A DNA stretch of 63,671 nucleotides, filler included, from Octopus bimaculoides (lineage: Eukaryota), in the NCBI RefSeq assembly GCF_001194135.2. It is 7 parts of 7 records of this genome, joined end to end, with 100 filler letters (N's around TTAATTAATTAA, not from the genome) between each part and the next. Parts side by side here need not be neighbours in the genome. Positions count along the whole stretch, not along the records: positions 1 to 23,841 come from NC_068989.1; positions 23,942 to 41,774 come from NW_026345656.1; 5 more parts are not named here. One strand, written 5' to 3'. The first letter of the stretch is position 1, and each line of letters begins with the position of its first letter. The notes under the pieces were generated by a model. It made no database searches. It was not told the origin of the DNA and was given only the letters and a program-made list of their open reading frames with translations. Of the stretch, positions 13,764 to 26,021 are shown piece by piece. The translations under genes were made by a program, and so were the position numbers.

Positions 13764-14400
13764 TGGAAAGTATAGAAGAAAAGTATGCAGAGATTAAGAG
13801 GTAATGAAATGAAGTGGTATAAATGTGTTTATGTCATGTATGTATGTATGTATATATATATATGAGCATGTATACATATACATACATGAAAGAATGTGTA
13901 TATACACATGCACACACACACACATAATACATATGAAGGAATATATAGAAACACATACATCAATATCACTAATTCATATCCATTTTTCCATGCTGGTACA
14001 GATTAGAAGAGTTGCCACAGACAGAGTTAGTTCCCATCTAAAGTTACTCTCCTCCTTGAAAGATTAAGGACCAGGTCTCCTTTGTAGATGCTTTGCTGGC
14101 ATGTTTTACAACAGGATGCCATTCCTAACACATGTGGGTTTCTGTGTTTGGACATTCTATCAAGCCACTTGACAGAATGTACAAACAATGAGACACGTAT
14201 GTGAACATACATGCAAACACCCCTACCCCCACATATATTCAGATACTCAAACACACTCACTCACGCACACACACACAAACCAAAAGACAATCTAAAGCGA
14301 TGCAACATTCCCTTTTGTTCTTGGGAAAACAAAGCATCAGAATGCTTCTCCTCAGTCCAAAGATTTGAGCAAACTTAACTCCAGTATTCTCTTTTACTCT

Positions 14401-14619
14401 TTTACTCAATTACTCTTTTACTTGTTTCAGTCATTTGACTGTGGCCATGCTGGAGCACCACCTTTAGTCGAGCAAATCGACCCCAGGATTTATTTTTTGT
14501 AAGCCTAGTACTTATTTTATCAGTCTCTTTTGCTGAACCGCTAGAATACAGGGACGTAAACACACCAGCATCGGTTGTCAAGCGATGTTGGGGGGACAAA
14601 CACAGACACACAAACATAT

Positions 14620-14666
<47 letters not shown>

Positions 14667-14743
14667 TATGACGGGCTTTTTTACAGTTTCCGTCTACCAA
14701 ATCTACTCACAAGGCTTTGGTCGGCCCGAGGCTATAGTAGAAG
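14401..14743 (-). mobile_element. SINE family B, 5'-truncated, abutting a Tc1 remnant
   Basis: Tail ttttactcttttacttgtttcagtcatttgactg, internal TA/CA microsatellite, body ends at gctatagtagaa. Confidence 0.9.
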
Positions 14744-15115
14744 CAGTGGAAGAATGTTATTTTCTCAGACGAATCTTCCTTTACCTTCTTCCAACTGTTA
14801 AATATGGAAAAGAATCTGTGATGATCTGGGGAGCTATATCTTGGAAATCCACTGACCCAATGGTTTCCCTTCATGGCAGAATTAATAGTCNNNNNNNNNN
14901 NNNNNNNNNNNNNNNNNNNNNNNNNNNNNNNNNNNNNNNNNNNNNNNNNNNNNNNNNNNNNNNNNNNNNNNNNNNNNNNNNNNNNNNNNNCAAACTTTGT
15001 ACGAGTCCATACCTCATAGAATTCAAGCTGTAATTACTGCCAAAGGCAGTCCTACTCCATATGAAAATAAATTTGTTTGAAATTTTAAGGTGTTTCCATT
15101 ATTTTGTCCAATCCC
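14744..15115 (+). mobile_element. Tc1 transposase remnant (DDE region, internally deleted, gap inside)
   Basis: QWKNVIFSDESSFT (first catalytic D), PTVKYGKESVMIWGAISWKS and LYESIPHRIQAVITAKGSPTPY* are typical Tc1 motifs. Confidence 0.9.
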
Positions 15116-15302
15116 AATATATATGTATATATATGCATACACATATAATTATACACATATATGTATATATCTATATTTCTGTGGATGACACCAGGTAGTC
15201 CAAACTGTGAATGTGTTTCACCCAACACTGACAAATACTCATTAATCCAAAAATTACATATATGAATAAACTTATACATACACACACACACACACACTGG
15301 CA

Positions 15303-15612
15303 CTCAGTCAGTTATGACTGAGTATTCTAGATGACCCAATCAACAGAACAGCCTGTTTGTAAAATTAACAAGCAAATGACTGAGTATTCCACAGACATGC
15401 GTACCCTTAACATAATCCCCAAAGAGATTTAATGTGACACAGAATGCGACAAGCCTGGCCCTTTGAAATACAGGTACTACTCATTTTTGCCAGCTGAGTG
15501 GACTGGAGCAACACGAAATAAAGTCTCACTGAAGGATACAATGTGCCACTAAGAATCACACTCATGACTATATATGATCATGAGCTGAATATACTAACCA
15601 CTAAGCCACACA
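15303..15612 (-). mobile_element. SINE family C
   Basis: Colinear reverse complement of 49490-49803. Confidence 0.88.
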
Positions 15613-15725
15613 CCTTTATATGCATATATATATACATATATATCTCCATACATACGTACATACACATACATATATGGATATATACATACCACACACGTAT
15701 ATATATATTCATGTGTATGTGTGTG

Positions 15726-15766
<41 letters not shown>

Positions 15767-15778
15767 CTCTATGTTTAT

Positions 15779-15812
<34 letters not shown>

Positions 15813-15879
15813 TGCTAGTCTGCATCACTGACTTCAGAAAACCAGTCAGCCAGCCATCTAATCACTTATCAGTCTGGTA

Positions 15880-16560
15880 GGTACTTGAGCAAGATTGACT
15901 ACATTCTCACTAGAAACAGAGACAGTCAGATACTTATAAATGTGAAGTCCTTTCCCAGGAGGAATGTACTACTCAACATAGGTTGGTGGTTAGTGTCTTC
16001 AGATTTAGAGCTAGATGGATACAGAGATGCAAACAAGTTCAAGAAAGTAAGTTATAGAAACACAAAGATCCATCAAATACTCAGAGATTTAGAGACATTC
16101 TTATTAAAAAGAGGTGGAGGTAGTGACGTATAATGGAGAGGATAACTGGAAGCTCGTATGGGACAGTCTTCTGAAAGCTGCAAACCAAAACTGTGGTTAG
16201 AGTAAAGTCTCTGCCAGATGGAAAGTGACTTTGTGATGGAACAGTGAGGTAGATAGGGCCATAAAAGGAAAGAAACAGGCTTGAAAAAATTAGAGAAAAG
16301 GGAGACAGTGAAGAACTATATCAGGTAGGCTAAAGGAAAGCTAAGTGACAGGTTTATCTAGCAAGGGTAGAAGCGAAAAGAAAGAGGTTTGTCAATGTCT
16401 AACAACTTGAAGATCAGAGATTTAGGTGTTCTGGACTGTTAGAAAATGTGTCAAAGAAAATCAAGATGTTGTGGGGAAGAAGTGTGTATGGATGGATAAT
16501 GGTATACTTGCTCTCAGTGACTAAAAAAAAGAAGCAGGGAAGTGGTATGAAAGGCTATTA
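15880..16560 (+). mobile_element. RTE-clade LINE remnant (end of AP-endonuclease and linker)
   Basis: SKIDYILTRNRDSQILINVKSFP... matches the RTE endonuclease IDYIL motif; downstream frames are disrupted. Confidence 0.8.
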
Positions 16561-16597
16561 AACATGGAGAAAGAATGAGAGAAAGAGAATCTTCTCT

Positions 16598-16760
16598 ATT
16601 TTGTCCGTCTTGACATTCTGAGTTCAAATGGTGCCAGGGTCAGATTTGACTTTCATCATCTCGGGGTTGATAAAATAAATACCAGTTGAGCACTGGGGTG
16701 GATGTAACTGAGTTAGATCCTTCCCCAAACTGTTGGCCTTTTATCAAAATTTGAAACCAA
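16598..16760 (+). mobile_element. SINE family A, 5'-truncated
   Basis: ttctgagttcaaat...ctttcatcatctcggggttgataaaataaataccagttgagcactggggt. Confidence 0.8.
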
Positions 16761-17589
16761 TGTATTGAATATCACTATCATCAATCACAGTAAATGTACT
16801 GCTGTTTGGGTACATGCATTGCAAGTTGAGGGATATTAATCACATGATCTAACCATAAATCTAGTGTGTGTATATACATGTATACACACACACACACACA
16901 CACACTCCGTGTTGCTTATTGTTTGATTTTAATCACCCATCCTTTTGGGATGTGATATTCGGGTGCCTTCGCATAAGTACCATATTCAAGCCTTGAATCT
17001 ATATATATATATATATATACAAACACATATACACACATGTAGTTCTACTGAAGTCCTGGGACCCATGAACTGAGCAGCTCGATTATGGATAACAATCTAA
17101 GGGAGACAATCCCTTGCACTTAACCTTTCTTCATAGTCTGTGGGTTCAACAACTGGCCACAAAGTCTTTTCTTCCTCCACTTTGAAGAGAGGTTATAGGC
17201 CACCAGCCATTAGGGTCTGAAGAGATGCTGTAAAGCTAAGTGCTTTATGGACGTGAAACTCTGGGTAACCCCATAGACCAGCCATAACTATCTTTATCTA
17301 ATACACACACACACATGCACGCACACATGCACACACACACACACACACATGCATGCACACACGCACACACACACACAAAGATACACAATACATAGATACA
17401 TGCAAAAGGAGAGAGAGAGAGGATCATTTAATCTCGCGATGAACAAAATTATGTCTTTATTACTTGTGTCATTATAAAATGTACTCCATTACATTAAGTA
17501 ATGTGGTTAGAGGCAGGACAATAATTCCTCACACTTGGTAACCCTGTAACACACAAGCAAGATCAAAACGGGTGGAAATGACACATATA

Positions 17590-17985
17590 AGAAGTGCTAT
17601 AATTTATGGTGGTGAGACATAGGTAATGAACACAGAGCAGTAGAGAAGGCTGTTAAGAATGGAAATGAAAATATTTCAGGGGATGGAGTGAAGTATTGTT
17701 GGAAGAGCATGACAAAGAAATGAACTGCAAAGGATGTTGAGAATTCAGCCAGTTGTGAAGTGGATAAAAATGACTGAATCACGTCTTGGGGAAGGATGAG
17801 AGGAGTGATGGAAATGAACATAGAAAAAAAAAAGATTAAGAAAATGACTTGGTTAAAGGTGGTAAATGAGGCAAAAATGTTGGTGAGAGGGGAGTGTAAA
17901 GGGGAACGAGGGAGCAAAATGGAGAACACTGCCAAAGGGCCCAAAAACCTAATTTCCACTTTAGTAAAGAAAATGAACTGAACAT
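17590..17985 (+). mobile_element. RTE-clade LINE, degenerate C-terminal region
   Basis: IRSAIIYGGET*VMNTEQ*RRLLRMEMKIF resembles RTE VRPAMLYGSETW...LERTEMRML. Confidence 0.6.
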
Positions 17986-18334
17986 ATTTGTTGTGTTATT
18001 GTATACACATGAATACACACATACTCTCTCTCTCTTTCACAACACACACACACACACATGCAAGCAGAGATGGACGATAAATGTAATTTACTGAGAAGTG
18101 GTGGTGATGGTGGTGGCCAATCATCCGATCAAATGTGGGAAACTGTGTTCCCATTGATTTTTCAAGTTGCTGATATTCTCTGTTGATCACAACTGAAGAA
18201 AACTGACACAACTGTTTTTTTTTGTTTTTGTTTTTTTAAAACCGACAGGGCAGGATTTTAGCTCAGAGTGTACAGAGCCAGAACAGATACTGCAAGACAT
18301 CCTGTCCAATTCTCTAACATCATCCTCATGATCT

Positions 18335-18560
18335 TCATTTAATGTCCGTTTTCCCCTTGCTGGCATGGGTTAGATGATTCGACAAGGGGCTGTCAAGCCA
18401 GAAGATTCTGCTGAGGTCTAGTTTGGCATGGTTTCCATGGCTGGATGCCCTTCCTAACATCAACAACTTTACAGAGTGCACTGGGAGCTTCTCATGTGGC
18501 ACCAGCACCAATGCTTTTTACATGGCACCGGCATCAGTGGGGAGGAGGGAGGTCACCAAG
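18335..18560 (-). mobile_element. RTE 3'-UTR/tail fragment
   Basis: tttaatgtccgttttccccttgctggcatgggttaga...ggctggatgcccttcctaacatcaac. Confidence 0.8.
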
Positions 18561-18951
18561 GGACTTGCAAGTTAAAGACCCCTTCAACAGAGAGGGGGGG
18601 CTAAAGTATAATATAGAGATAGAGAATAGGAGTCTTGCTATAGAGGAGATACATAGCTATCCCAGTTGTAAAGGAAAGGAGAGAAAAGAGGGAAATAGGG
18701 TTAAAGAGAGCAAGAGAGTGTCATGACACAGAGACAGATGAAAAGAAAAGTTGATCCCTGTAGAGTTAGAACTCAGAATGGAATGAATCAGAACAAATAC
18801 TGTAAAGTAATCTATCTAGATTCTAATGACTGCTAATTTGCCACCTTCATATAGAGAGTCATTGATGGAAAGGGAAATGAATAGAGAGGAAGGAAAGAGT
18901 GATACAAAGAGAAGAAAGAGATGGGTATGCATAATTAGAAATATAGAAAGT

Positions 18952-18996
<45 letters not shown>

Positions 18997-19680
18997 CAAA
19001 AGCTGAAAATAATAATAAAAAAAAACATGAATTGTATTAAAAAACCCGTCAGAATATAAAAGTGAAAGATTTTATTATGCTCGTCACACCCTGCTCACTG
19101 AAATAGATTTTTCACAAATTCCGCAAACTCTGATCTTCAGATGTTCTTTTAGCGCGCACACACACACACACACACACACACGCGCACTAATACATACACA
19201 TGTATGTATGTGCATATATACATATGTGTATGTGCATATATACATATACATATATGCATACCCACACATATACACATACATGCATATATATACATACACA
19301 TATATATACACACACATATATATATATACATATATACACACATACATGAGCATATACATACATACACACACACACACACGTTATTTTACTACTTTTATTT
19401 GAATGCGAAAGATGTTGAAGATGGAGTGAAGAGTTACATAAAAATAGGAAAGAAAAAAAATTTTGAGAGAGAGGAATGAATAAAGAAATGCCACAACAAA
19501 TTATTATTATTTTTTTTAATTTTTTTTATTCTTCTTACAGAATAAAACCAACAAATCTCTGATTATCTTTTGTCTGAATATAGAGAGGAGGGCAACAATA
19601 GAAGTAGAGTTCACTTGATTAATCTGACACAGCACTTGCAGCTGTATAGCACAGCCAACAGATAAAATTATAGATCATAT

Positions 19681-19739
<59 letters not shown>

Positions 19740-20104
19740 CATATATGCACACACACACACACATGTATATATATATATATAGATATATTTATATAAAATA
19801 ATGTAACTATGTATAGAATTTATAGGTATATTAACAGATACATGTGTAATTTCTCTTTCACACACACACACACATACACACACAAACCAGCATCCGCTCA
19901 GAACAGGGAATGTAATACAAAGTAATGGCCAGTTTATTAATTTTCAGTACTAGGTTCAATTCCTTCTAAGGGCATAATGCTAAAAATAACAAGAAGCCTG
20001 AGTCTTCAACAGTGTTCCTATAACTCACACATTAACCAACAGCTGCGGATTTCATTGTTGCCTGCTTAGCTCTTATTAATTTCCTTTCTCTTCATTTCTT
20101 TTAA

Positions 20105-20323
20105 CTCTTTATCACTCAGATTACTTAATCAAATGCAATACTTATTTATACACATTGTTTTGAAGCAATCAAGAATTATCTCATACCTTTGGGATTTCAA
20201 TAATGTGATTGTTTACTTTTAGAATAACATTGTAAAGTAGGTGTGAGAAGCTTCATCTGGCTGGTTTCAACATAAAACAGATAGAATGTTTGGGCCAGAT
20301 ATGGCCAGTTTGAATGTTCAAGG
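20105..20323 (+). mobile_element. piggyBac-type MITE, decayed
   Basis: TTAA start; internal gtaggtgtgagaagc...aacataaaacagatagaatgtttgggccagat is shared with the 11447 copy. Confidence 0.7.
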
Positions 20324-20861
20324 TTTACTATCCTACTTTCCTTCCATACTTAATTTTTTCCTAACATTTCATACAGCTGGTTGTCACATTAAATCTTCTA
20401 ATTTATACTTTCTGCTCAATCACTGTAACTCAGTGTTACTCTTTCTTTCTTTCTCTCTTTCTCTCTCTCTCTCTGTTTTCCTATGTCTTCTGTACCCACT
20501 CCATATACTTTCTATCTGACTTACTGTCAATAAATATTTCCTTGAATTTCCCAGAGGGTAATCCTTTGCATTTATTGAACAACTGATTATCTTCTCTGAT
20601 TAATCAAACAATTAATTAACTTGCTCGTTAATTTTGATTAATAAAAAGCAGGTAGAGCAATGCCTGTAGCTAATTGATGCTTTCCTCTCCAATGGGAAAG
20701 AGAGAAAAAGCTTAGAGAGAGCTTATTTGGGGATCCAGAGGAAAGGCTGGGTGAAGATTAAAGAGCTTCAGTGTTATTCAATGAGTGGAAAAAAAAAATA
20801 CTGACTGACAATGAACAAGATGAGGAAAGATGATAGATTTTTATGTAACTTGTGATTTTAA

Positions 20862-21240
20862 GTATGGCTGTGTGGTAAGAAGCTTACTTCTTAACCACAT
20901 GATTCCAGGTTCAGTCCCATTGCATGGCACCTTGGGCAAGTGTTTTCTACTATAGCTTCTGGCCAACTAAAGCCTTGTGAGTGGATTTGGTAAATGGAAA
21001 CTGAAAGAAGCCCACTGTGTATATGTATGCGTATGTGTGTCTTTTTGTTTGTCCACCATCACTGCTTGACAACCAGTGTTGGTTTGTTTACATCCTCATG
21101 ACTTAGCAGTTCGCCAGAAAGAGAGTGATGTAAGCACCAGGCTTAAAAAGAAAAATAAGTAATGGGGTCGATTCATTTGACTAAAAGTTCTTCAAAGTGA
21201 TACCCCTGCAGTCTGATGACTGAAACAGATAAAAAATAAA
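20862..21240 (+). mobile_element. SINE family B, full length, CpG-decayed
   Basis: Head ggctgtgtggtaagaagctt...ccaggttcagtccca, body and tail colinear with 43596. Confidence 0.9.
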
Positions 21241-21321
21241 GTATAATGTCATTATATGCATAGTGTTAGTGGGGCTCCTTATACCCTGGTGAAGTAGCAA
21301 GTGCTCTTTTGGGCAGTTTAA

Positions 21322-21541
21322 CCTGTTAGCATTTAAACCGGTCATGTCTGGCCCAGATATTCCACCTGTTTTATGTTCTAACCAGCTAGATCTGGCTTCT
21401 CAGACCTAACCTATAATGTTATTCCAAAAACAAACAATCACATCTTCAGAATCTCAAAGCTATAAGATCATACATGATTAACTCAAAGCAATGTGAATAA
21501 ATAATTATTACATTTGACAGAATAATTAGAACACTAAATGG
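21322..21541 (-). mobile_element. piggyBac-type MITE, opposite orientation to 11447 and 20105
   Basis: TTAA/cctg...atgg/TTAA termini; reverse-complement homology to the 11447 copy. Confidence 0.75.
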
Positions 21542-21974
21542 TTAAACCTGATAGAACCTATCCCTTTCCAGGTATGAATACAGTCAATTTTTTGGTGGAG
21601 AGAAAAAAGTCAGACAGAGAGACAAAGAAAGTGATAGCAACTCCCCAACTGAGCAACATCCAACAGTATCAATAGGTTATGGGTTAACACTTATGTGCTA
21701 AAATAGGCACTGGATTAAAAAGGTTAAAATATTAAAATAGCTTCAAGTTCGGAAGTCTGCAAATGCGGAATTATTTTTCCATAAAATATAACAATCCAGT
21801 ATGGTGTTTATATAAGACATTCAAGCAAAATTGGAACATTCTACTGTGTAAGATCCTAAATGAAAGCTCAAGAGATAAAAACTGAAGGCAAGGTTACTGA
21901 AGCCTCTCATTCATCAAATATCAAGGACAAAATCTAAGATAGAGCATCATTGATAGTAGTGTCCAGTATGGCCA

Positions 21975-22111
21975 GAACTAGTAAAACATATTTTATCAAT
22001 CCAGAGAGGATGAATGACAAAGTCAACTTCAGCGGAATTTGAACTCAGAATGTAAACACGGATGAAATGCTGTTAAGCATTTTGTCTGGCTTGCTAACAA
22101 TTCTGCCAGCA
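21975..22111 (-). mobile_element. SINE family A
   Basis: ggaatttgaactcagaatg...ttaagcatttt...gctaacaattctgccagc. Confidence 0.85.
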
Positions 22112-22554
22112 TATAAAATATTGACAACAAAGCTACAATAGACATTAGAAAAGTTGGTTAATTTAGAGAGATGTCAATACTGGTAGTTTGAAAATGCCTT
22201 CCATTCATATTTTGTCAATGTTTCTTCATTGACAAATGATAATCATTCTTCTTCATATGGCAGCAATAATTACTATAAAATGTAATTAAGAAATGCTGGG
22301 CAACAACTGTTCCAAGTCAAATCTGCCTAGGGGAAGAGCAACAGTTACAATTTGTTACCCGCTCAATAGTAAAATATCTCTGCAAATAAGTACACCTGTA
22401 CCAAAATTGTAGGGGATATTTTAAACAGACAGAGTTTTAGCTTTTGAGTTTAACCATTCAAATGTCAGACTTCTCTGATCAAGGACCAGTGGAGTTAGTC
22501 ACTTGCCTTGCTTATATGTCAGAGGCACATTTACTTTTAGAAGGGCTTGCTATC

Positions 22555-22756
22555 ATTGTTTACCGTCCGCTTTCCATGCTAGCATGAGTTGGACGATTTG
22601 ACTGAGGACTGGTGAACCAGATGGCTACACCAGGCTCCAATCTGATTTGGCAGAGTTTCTACAGCTGGATGCCTTTCTTAACGCCAACCACTCTGAGAGT
22701 GTAGTGGGTACTTTTATGTGCCACCAGCACGAAGGCCAGTCAGGCGGTACTGGCAA
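22555..22756 (-). mobile_element. RTE 3'-UTR/tail, well preserved
   Basis: Nearly the reverse complement of 47278-47456, with CpGs retained. Confidence 0.88.
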
Positions 22757-23841
22757 TAAGAATTTGTTCTTGAATGTATATATCTTTTGAACACGTTTTT
22801 TTTTTTTTGTTATAGTCCACAGATAAGATCAAGTGATTCTCAGTACAGANNNNNNNNNNNNNNNNNNNNNNNNNNNNNNNNNNNNNNNNNNNNNNNNNNN
22901 NNNNNNNNNNNNNNNNNNNNNNNNNNNNNNNNNNNNNNNNNNNNNNNNNNNNNNNNNNNNNNNNNNNNNNNNNNNNNNATAAGAATTTGTTCTTGAATGT
23001 ATATATCTTTTGAACACGTTTTTTTTTTTTGTTATAGTCCACAGATAAGATCAAGTGATTCTCAGTACAGAAGACACTTAGTAGTGCTGAAAAAGATTCA
23101 AACTTATGTATGTGCATATACCACAGTCCAATAGCTAAATGTTGTGCACTTTACTTATTATTTACAATGATAGCGGCATTGAGATATTTGGATTTGTGTC
23201 TTATGGGACAATTTTAAATAGTGTACCACCACCACAACAACAACAACATCTACTTTTCTAGGCAAGCATGGGCTGGATGAGTCATCACAGTCTGAGCCAG
23301 TTCTTATTCAAAGTAGCGGACCTAGATGGGGCAGGGGCCACATCTTACATATTCTATTTTTTAATATGGTTTCTATAGCGGTAAGCCTGGGATGTTCTTC
23401 CTCTTACAAACCACTTTACATAATGTAGTGAGTAAAATTCATAGTGCCAATGGTACCAGAGAAGTTATCTCATCTCCACTATGACTAAAGAATCCTTTGT
23501 GCTCTGTGTTCTCTCCATTTATATAATTCATACCAAAGACGTTTCTCATTTCCAGTGTTCTCTCTGTATGTTCCTTTCTTTCCATAAAACTGGGTGTGTG
23601 GGAGGGAGAAAGAACAATCAGAGAAGGTTATGAAGGTTGGAGTTGAGAGAGAAGACAATAAGGAAGAGAGTGATAGAGGTGATGACAGAAAGGAAACTAA
23701 TGGAAAGGATGAGAGAGATAAGAATGATAGAGGAGTGATTAATAAGGAGAGAGTGGTGTGTGACAGATAACTACATGATAGATGGGTAATGGAAGGGAGT
23801 GTTTTAGAACAGAGAAAGATTATATATATATATATATATAT

Positions 23842-23941
23842 NNNNNNNNNNNNNNNNNNNNNNNNNNNNNNNNNNNNNNNNNNNNTTAATTAATTAANNN
23901 NNNNNNNNNNNNNNNNNNNNNNNNNNNNNNNNNNNNNNNNN
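23842..23941. other. Artificial scaffold join (44 N + TTAATTAATTAA + 44 N); identical joins at 41775-41874, 44542-44641, 47457-47556, 53148-53247 and 55234-55333
   Basis: Six identical 100-nt structures; the linker carries stop codons in all six frames. Confidence 0.95.
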
Positions 23942-24020
23942 TATATATATATATATACACACACCTACACGTAGACAACTAACTACTCACATACAGGCGT
24001 ATACGCACATAACTTCACTC

Positions 24021-24052
<32 letters not shown>

Positions 24053-24268
24053 GCACTCAAAAGTACACACTCCTCTCTCTCTTTCTCCCTCTCTTATATA
24101 CTCCAAAACAGTTAATATAAAGCCCTCCCCGCTACCTTTCAAAACAACACAGCAGACATCAAATCACTTAAAAAGCGTTTAAATATATTTTACAAAGAAA
24201 TACAAAAATAAATAATTGTTTAAAATGGATTTTAAACAATCGAAATTATCAAATAAATTGTAAATATA

Positions 24269-24301
<33 letters not shown>

Positions 24302-24454
24302 CAGTATATTTATTTAAAAATAGAAATATATTGTCGTGCAGTGGTTGGATTACAGAAGGATTAACTGATGTTGTTTAAACAAAGTATTCTATTTGAGAGA
24401 ATACAGATAGGGGAATGAGGTTTATTTGGTTATTTTCGTGTGTTCTCTTTTATT

Positions 24455-24473
24455 TGTAGTCGGGAGTTGTAGT
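24455..24473 (-). promoter_or_regulatory. ACTACAnnnCCCR (M4 / ZNF143-THAP11-type) promoter motif followed by a second ACTACA
   Basis: Minus strand reads ACTACAACTCCCGACTACA, in locally CpG-containing unique sequence at the edge of the CpG-depleted block. Confidence 0.45.
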
Positions 24474-24620
24474 GCGACGGTGGTGTTGGAAAAGTATAAG
24501 ATAGAAGCGGATAGATCGCGAGAGATATATAGGAAAAAAAGAGGGATATATAGAGAAGAGAGGCTCACCGAGACTGCAATATCTGTACTGTAGTAGTAGT
24601 ATTGTTATAATTATAATGAA

Positions 24621-24985
24621 CTGTTTGAAATTTTGGCATAAGGCCAGTAATTTTAGGATTAGTAGGTTAGTCGACTACATCAACACCAGTATTCCGCTGG
24701 TACGTAATTTTATAGACTCCGAAAGAGTGAAACGCAAAGGTGAGCTCGGCAGAATATGAACTGAGAACATAAAACCGAAAGAAACGCCTGCTAAGCAGTA
24801 CCAGCGTCTAAGCGATTCGGCAAGTTTACCTCTTAAATAATTAATCATAATAATCCTTTTCCCTGTAGGCACAAGGCCTGAAATTTTGGGGGAGAGCGAT
24901 AGTCGATTAAATCGACCCCAGTACTCAACTGGTACTTTTTTATCGACCGCGAGAAGACGAATGGCAAAGTCGACCTAGGCGAAAT
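24621..24985 (-). mobile_element. Two adjacent SINE family A copies (24621-24832 and a partial copy 24850-24985)
   Basis: Both carry aaggcc...aatttt...gtcga...ccagta...ctggtac...ttatcgac...aaagtcgacct. Confidence 0.8.
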
Positions 24986-26021
24986 AAATAATAATAGTAA
25001 TCGTTTATTATTTTGAGGAGAGTCTTGGTGGAATGAGATATGCATGAGCTTTCCGCCCTTTGTCCAAGATGACCATAATGCGAAAGCAAAGCTGCACTTG
25101 AAAAATTACCATTCTCAAGGTTAAAATGAAGATTTACGCTAAAATGTGAGGCCGATTTTGGATGATAATTCTGATTCTCTTAGAATATTAGAAATGCTTA
25201 AAAGCTAGTGATCATACGCTAATTTGGCTTGGTAAATCTTTTAGGTGGCTATGCGGCAAATTTAATGTTAGCCTTCTATCATAATTCCATTGATATCTAC
25301 GAAATTTTAAAGGAATATTAAATCTACCTCAATATTTCACTGCTACTTTATTTTATCCACCCCACAACAATGAAAGGTAAAGTTAGTGTTAGTCTTCTAT
25401 TATAATTCCATTGACATCTTGGATGTTTTATAGGAATATTAAATCTATCCCAGTATATCACTGGTATTTTGAGGACTCTCTATTTTAGCATCGTAGAATT
25501 ATCGTTATCTCGAATGTGAATCTACTTTTATGCAAATGTTTATATAAGTATGCATATATACATACAAATATGAATATATAATTGCAAATATATATATATA
25601 TGTATTAGCGTAGAACACGTGTATATATTTATACATACACAAAGCTATATATATATACTTACGTATAAATTTACACACACACAAATATACACGCGTGTGT
25701 ATTATATATAAATACACATATACAAATATATATATATATCTTTATACATAATATACATGTATATGTATCTATGTTATTTATATATAATTACATATTCAGC
25801 ATATATATAAATATACTTATAAGAAAATAATAATAATAATAATGATAATAATAAAATAACAATAATATAAAATATATGAAAAATAAAATTTAAAATTAAA
25901 TGATAAAACTAATATTTATTAACTAAATAAATAAATAATAAATGAATAAATATGAAATACTCAAAATAAGTAAAATAATAATCATAATAACAATAGAACC
26001 ACGTGACTGAGAAAATATGAC

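Noticed and set aside
20580-20650. Cluster of TAAT/ATTA homeodomain-type sites
   Set aside because: Expected by chance in DNA this AT-rich; no conservation data.
22757-23070. 92-nt direct repeat on both sides of gap 22850-22978
   Set aside because: Near-identical copies flanking a gap, differing in T-run length, are typical of an unmerged contig overlap.
1-24000. Idea that the left-hand gene is ELP4, the vertebrate neighbour of PAX6
   Set aside because: I found no ELP4-like peptide on either strand.
25267-25470. ~120-nt direct repeat pair
   Set aside because: Both units look like decayed family A SINE tails.
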